Below are positions 60,621-64,000 of a stretch of DNA of 64,000 nt, piece after piece. The DNA comes from Bacilli bacterium (GTDB taxonomy: Bacteria; Bacillota_I; Bacilli_A; RFN20; CAG-826), in the NCBI GenBank assembly GCA_017502465.1, contig JAFVUY010000050.1, positions 12,256 through 76,255 on the forward strand, written 5' to 3'. A model generated the notes under the pieces. The model was not told the origin of the DNA and did no database searches. It was given only the letters and a program-made list of their open reading frames with translations. Each line of letters starts with the position of its first letter. Positions within the stretch are counted from its first letter, which is position 1. A program made the position numbers and the translations under genes.

Positions 60621-61233
60621 AAAAAATTATCAAAAAATCCTGCAAAACACTATTGAAAACCTAAATAATAGACCTAAACTATTACTCCATGTTTGCTGTG
60701 GACCATGTTCCACAATTCCTTTAAAAATATTTAAAGATCATTTTGACATAACTCTATTTTTCTCTAATTCAAATATATATCCAAAAGAAGAACACGATAG
60801 AAGGCTTGGAGAACTTAAGACATATCTTATAAAAAGTCATAACGAAGATATTCCTTTAGTTATTAATGATTATGATGGGGAATCTTTTCACTATATATTA
60901 GAACCTTATAAAGATTTAAAAGAAGGCTATGAAAGATGCCGTGTTTGTTTTAAAACTAGATTTATTCAAGGTTTTGAATACGCCTATAAAAACGGTTTTG
61001 AATATTTTGGAACGGTTATGACTATCTCAAGATATAAAAACGCTCAAGACATAAATAAAATAGGTGAAAAATTACAAGAAAATTATCCTACTGTTAAATG
61101 GTTATACGCTGATTTTAAAAAGAACAATGGATATGAGGATAGTCTTATTATTTGTAAGGATTTCGACCTATATTTTCAAGAATATTGTGGGTGTAAATTC
61201 TCCTATTTGTCGTACCTAAAAAAACACCAATAA
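60610..61233 (+). CDS. queH: Epoxyqueuosine reductase QueH (DUF208)
   Basis: [27 protein letters not shown]. Confidence 0.92.
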   Translation: MENRKNYQKILQNTIENLNNRPKLLLHVCCGPCSTIPLKIFKDHFDITLFFSNSNIYPKEEHDRRLGELKTYLIKSHNEDIPLVINDYDGESFHYILEPYKDLKEGYERCRVCFKTRFIQGFEYAYKNGFEYFGTVMTISRYKNAQDINKIGEKLQENYPTVKWLYADFKKNNGYEDSLIICKDFDLYFQEYCGCKFSYLSYLKKHQ

Positions 61234-61256
61234 TCGATAGAAAAAAATCAAAAAAT

Positions 61257-61279
61257 GACCCATAAAAAATGGGTTTTTT
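61257..61279 (+). terminator. Terminator after queH
   Basis: ACCCAT-AAAAA-ATGGGT-TTTTT. Confidence 0.65.
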
Positions 61280-61365
61280 CTATATTTTTTAATCAAAATA
61301 TTACCTAATTTACGATAGATTCTGAACCGTTTTTATCTTCTCGCGCAAAATTATTAAAATAATGC

Positions 61366-61394
61366 TTGACACATATACACGTATAATATAATAT
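61366..61394 (+). promoter_or_regulatory. Sigma-A promoter of the S10 operon
   Basis: TTGACA followed by overlapping TATAAT/TAATAT hexamers at 15-17 bp. Confidence 0.75.
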
Positions 61395-61399
61395 TTTAA

Positions 61400-61500
61400 C
61401 GTTGACTGCCCGCATTGATGTGCGAGGTTGCAGATACACCCACAGGCGTTGTCATGAAGGTGCATCTGGTAATTCGCTCGGAGCGTCAGCAAGTCAAGCC
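61400..61500 (+). ncRNA. Structured rpsJ (S10 operon) leader
   Basis: GC-rich leader closed by TTGACT...AGTCAA, containing TGATGTGCGAGGTTGCAGATACACCC, similar to rpsJ leaders recalled from other Bacilli. Confidence 0.6.
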
Positions 61501-61527
61501 TGAAGTGATATAGGAGGAAAAAATTTC

Positions 61528-61839
61528 ATGGCAAAAGCAACTAAAATCAGGGTTCGCTTAAAAGCTTACGATCACACTAACTTAGACTTAAGTGCAGAAA
61601 AGATTGTAACAGCAGCGAAAAATACTGGCGCCACAGTTGTTGGTCCAATTCCGCTCCCAACGGAAAAACAAGTATTCACGATTTTAAGAGCTGTTCACAA
61701 GTATAAGGATTCTCGCGAACAATTCGAAATCAGAACACACAAACGTATTATCGATATTACAAATCCAAAGAAGGAAACAATCGATGCATTAAAGAATCTC
61801 GATTTACCATCTGGAGTTGATATCGAAATCAAATTATAA
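61528..61839 (+). CDS. rpsJ: 30S ribosomal protein S10
   Basis: [28 protein letters not shown]. Confidence 0.99.
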   Translation: MAKATKIRVRLKAYDHTNLDLSAEKIVTAAKNTGATVVGPIPLPTEKQVFTILRAVHKYKDSREQFEIRTHKRIIDITNPKKETIDALKNLDLPSGVDIEIKL

Positions 61840-61853
61840 GGAGGTAAGACAAG

Positions 61854-62561
61854 ATGAAAGCTATTTTAGGTCGTAAAATGGGCATGACTGAAGTCTTCGC
61901 TGAAGATGGAACAATGTATCCAGTTACAGTCGTTGAAGTCTTACCAAACGTCGTTACACAAGTCAAAACAGTTGAAACAGACGGTTATGTCGCTGTTCAA
62001 GTTGGTTACGAAGAAAAGAAAGAAAGCCGCGCTAGCAAATGCGAAAAAGGTATCGCAGCAAAAGCAGGCACAGTTCCTCACCAACACCACCGCGAATTAC
62101 GTGGCGACGAAATGACTGGTTACCAATTAGGTGACAAGATTACAGTCGATATGTTCAAAGCTGGCGATATCGTTGACGTCATCGGCACAAGCAAAGGTAA
62201 AGGTTACACCGGTACCATTAAACGTTGGCATATGTCCATCGGTCCAAAAGGTCATGGTTCAGGTTACCACAGAGGACAAGGTTCATTCGCAAACAATGGT
62301 CGTTGCAATAACCGCGTTATCCCAGGTAAACACATGTCTGGTCACCATGGCAACAAATCCGCTACAATCCTTAATTTAACAGTCATCGCTGTTGATGTAG
62401 AAAGAAATGCCATCTTAATTAAAGGTGGACTTCCAGGTCCAAGAAAATCACTCGTTATCGTCAGAAGCGCAGTGAAATCACAATTAGGTCAAAAACCAGT
62501 TGTCAAAACATTAATCAACCGCGCTCCAGCAGCAGAAGTTGCTGATGAAGCTGCAGAATAA
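61854..62561 (+). CDS. rplC: 50S ribosomal protein L3
   Basis: ILGRKMGMT, DGYVAVQVG, GTSKGKG. Confidence 0.99.
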   Translation: MKAILGRKMGMTEVFAEDGTMYPVTVVEVLPNVVTQVKTVETDGYVAVQVGYEEKKESRASKCEKGIAAKAGTVPHQHHRELRGDEMTGYQLGDKITVDMFKAGDIVDVIGTSKGKGYTGTIKRWHMSIGPKGHGSGYHRGQGSFANNGRCNNRVIPGKHMSGHHGNKSATILNLTVIAVDVERNAILIKGGLPGPRKSLVIVRSAVKSQLGQKPVVKTLINRAPAAEVADEAAE

Positions 62562-62584
62562 TGAACGGAAAGGAGAACAGTAAT

Positions 62585-63223
62585 ATGGCAGAAAAGAAAA
62601 CAGTTACCGTCAAAGTCCTTAACATGGCTGGCGAAAAAGTATCTGACTTAAAGCTTAAAGCAAGTGTGTTCGCAGTTGAACCACACAACCAATCAATGTT
62701 CGACGCCGTTCAAGTTGAACAAAGCAATTCTCGCCAAGCTACTGCTAAAACAAAGAAAAGATTTGAAGTTAGCGGTGGTGGTAAGAAACCTTGGAGACAA
62801 AAAGGCACAGGACGTGCTCGTGCAGGTAGCACACGCTCACCAATTTGGGTTGGCGGCGGCACAGTCTTCGGTCCAACAGGAGTTCAAAACTTCAAAATCT
62901 CCCAAAACAAAAAAGAACATCAACTCGCCCTTAAGAGTGCTCTTAGCTTAAAAGTTAAAGACGGCTTAGTGGTTGTTGATAACATCGCTCTTGATGCAAT
63001 TAAAACTAAATCCTTCGTTAACTTCTTAGATGCAGTTAAAGTTGAAGGCAAAGCAATCGTTGCAGTCAAAGAAATCGATGAAAACTTATTCGCCAGCGCA
63101 CGTAACGTTGGATGGGTAAAATTAGTCACATGGGATAACTTAAGCGTCTTAGATCTTCTCAATGCTGATCACTTAGTTATTTCCCAAGAAGCTATCAAAA
63201 CCGTAGAGGAGGCATTAGCATAG
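62585..63223 (+). CDS. rplD: 50S ribosomal protein L4
   Basis: GGGKKPWRQKGTGRARAGS.RSP. RBS AAGGAG favours the start at 62585. Confidence 0.98.
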   Translation: MAEKKTVTVKVLNMAGEKVSDLKLKASVFAVEPHNQSMFDAVQVEQSNSRQATAKTKKRFEVSGGGKKPWRQKGTGRARAGSTRSPIWVGGGTVFGPTGVQNFKISQNKKEHQLALKSALSLKVKDGLVVVDNIALDAIKTKSFVNFLDAVKVEGKAIVAVKEIDENLFASARNVGWVKLVTWDNLSVLDLLNADHLVISQEAIKTVEEALA

Positions 63224-63224
63224 T

Positions 63225-63560
63225 ATGGCAAAGAAAAAGACAACAGAAGCTAAACGCTTCCCAAAAGCGACACAAAAAGACTTCGAAGTTATCATTAGAC
63301 CAATCATCACAGAAAAATCAATGGCCTTAATGCAAAACGAAAACAAGGTTACAGTTAAAGTTCTTAAAACTGCTAACAAAACCGAAGTTAAACTCGCATT
63401 CGAAAGAATCTTCCAAGTGAAGGTCACTGATGTCAAGGTTAGCAACGTCGCTGCTAAATCATTAACTAGAGGTACAAGATATCAAGGTACAACTGCTAGT
63501 TACAAAAAAGCAATTGTCACTATCGCGGAAGGCGAAGCAATTGACTTATTCAAGGAATAA
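63225..63560 (+). CDS. rplW: 50S ribosomal protein L23
   Basis: PIITEKS, ANKTEVK, KKAIVT. Confidence 0.98.
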   Translation: MAKKKTTEAKRFPKATQKDFEVIIRPIITEKSMALMQNENKVTVKVLKTANKTEVKLAFERIFQVKVTDVKVSNVAAKSLTRGTRYQGTTASYKKAIVTIAEGEAIDLFKE

Positions 63561-63600
63561 TCTAAAAGATTACATCCCACAAATATAGGAGGAAAAGAAA

Positions 63601-64000
63601 ATGTCTATTAGAACTTACAAACCTACGACACCAAGCCGTAGAAACATGACAAACTCGACATTTGACGAAATTACGACATCCACTCCTGAGAAAAGCTTAT
63701 TAGTTACATTATCCAAATCCGGTGGTAGAAATAACCAAGGCGTTATTACCTGCCGTCACATTGGTGGAGGCAATAAACGTAAATACCGTATTATTGACTT
63801 CAAACGTAATAAGGACAACATCCCAGCGACTGTCAAAACTGTTGAGTATGATCCAAACCGTAACGCAAACATTTGTTTAGTTGCTTACGCTGATGGTGAA
63901 AAGAGATACATCCTTGCACCAAAAGATCTCCACGTCGGAGACAAAATCATCTCTGGTGATGCCTGCGATATTATCGTTGGTAACGCAATGAAGCTTAAAA
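63601..64000 (+). CDS. rplB: 50S ribosomal protein L2 (3'-partial, absent from the ORF track)
   Basis: [16 protein letters not shown]...[25 protein letters not shown]...EYDPNR. Confidence 0.98.
   Translation, partial: MSIRTYKPTTPSRRNMTNSTFDEITTSTPEKSLLVTLSKSGGRNNQGVITCRHIGGGNKRKYRIIDFKRNKDNIPATVKTVEYDPNRNANICLVAYADGEKRYILAPKDLHVGDKIISGDACDIIVGNAMKLK

Overview
Low-GC (roughly 30%) chromosomal window from a Bacillota genome using the standard genetic code (prfB present, UGA used as stop). It is probably an uncultured anaerobic gut- or rumen-type Bacilli near the Erysipelotrichales/Mollicutes branch (inference from composition and gene style). Positions 1-29 kb form a pectin/galacturonate utilisation locus: uncharacterised secreted proteins and lipoproteins, a sugar ABC transporter, GH28, GH4, GH78, GH3, a GH63-like enzyme, an SGNH esterase, uxaBAC, eda and kdgK. 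Positions 38-64 kb are mostly housekeeping: secA, frameshifted prfB, uvrB, secG, a Y-family polymerase with YolD partner, rmuC, tRNA-Ala(CGC), pepT, a queT-tgt-queA-queH cluster behind a preQ1-type riboswitch, and the start of the S10 operon. The most unusual region is 34.0-36.4 kb. It looks like an integrase-less tandem array of cassettes inserted at the Walker-A codons of comFA. Each cassette begins with the same ~30-bp junction motif and ends with a replacement comFA 5' end, and the displaced 5' ends are progressively more decayed from right to left. One cassette carries a YhcG/DUF1016 nuclease. The other carries a 100-aa basic, possibly PemK/MazF-like protein facing a ~330-nt structured candidate ncRNA and a ~50-nt hairpin RNA, each behind its own copy of a duplicated promoter. 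All calls are by eye; no searches or folding programs were run.
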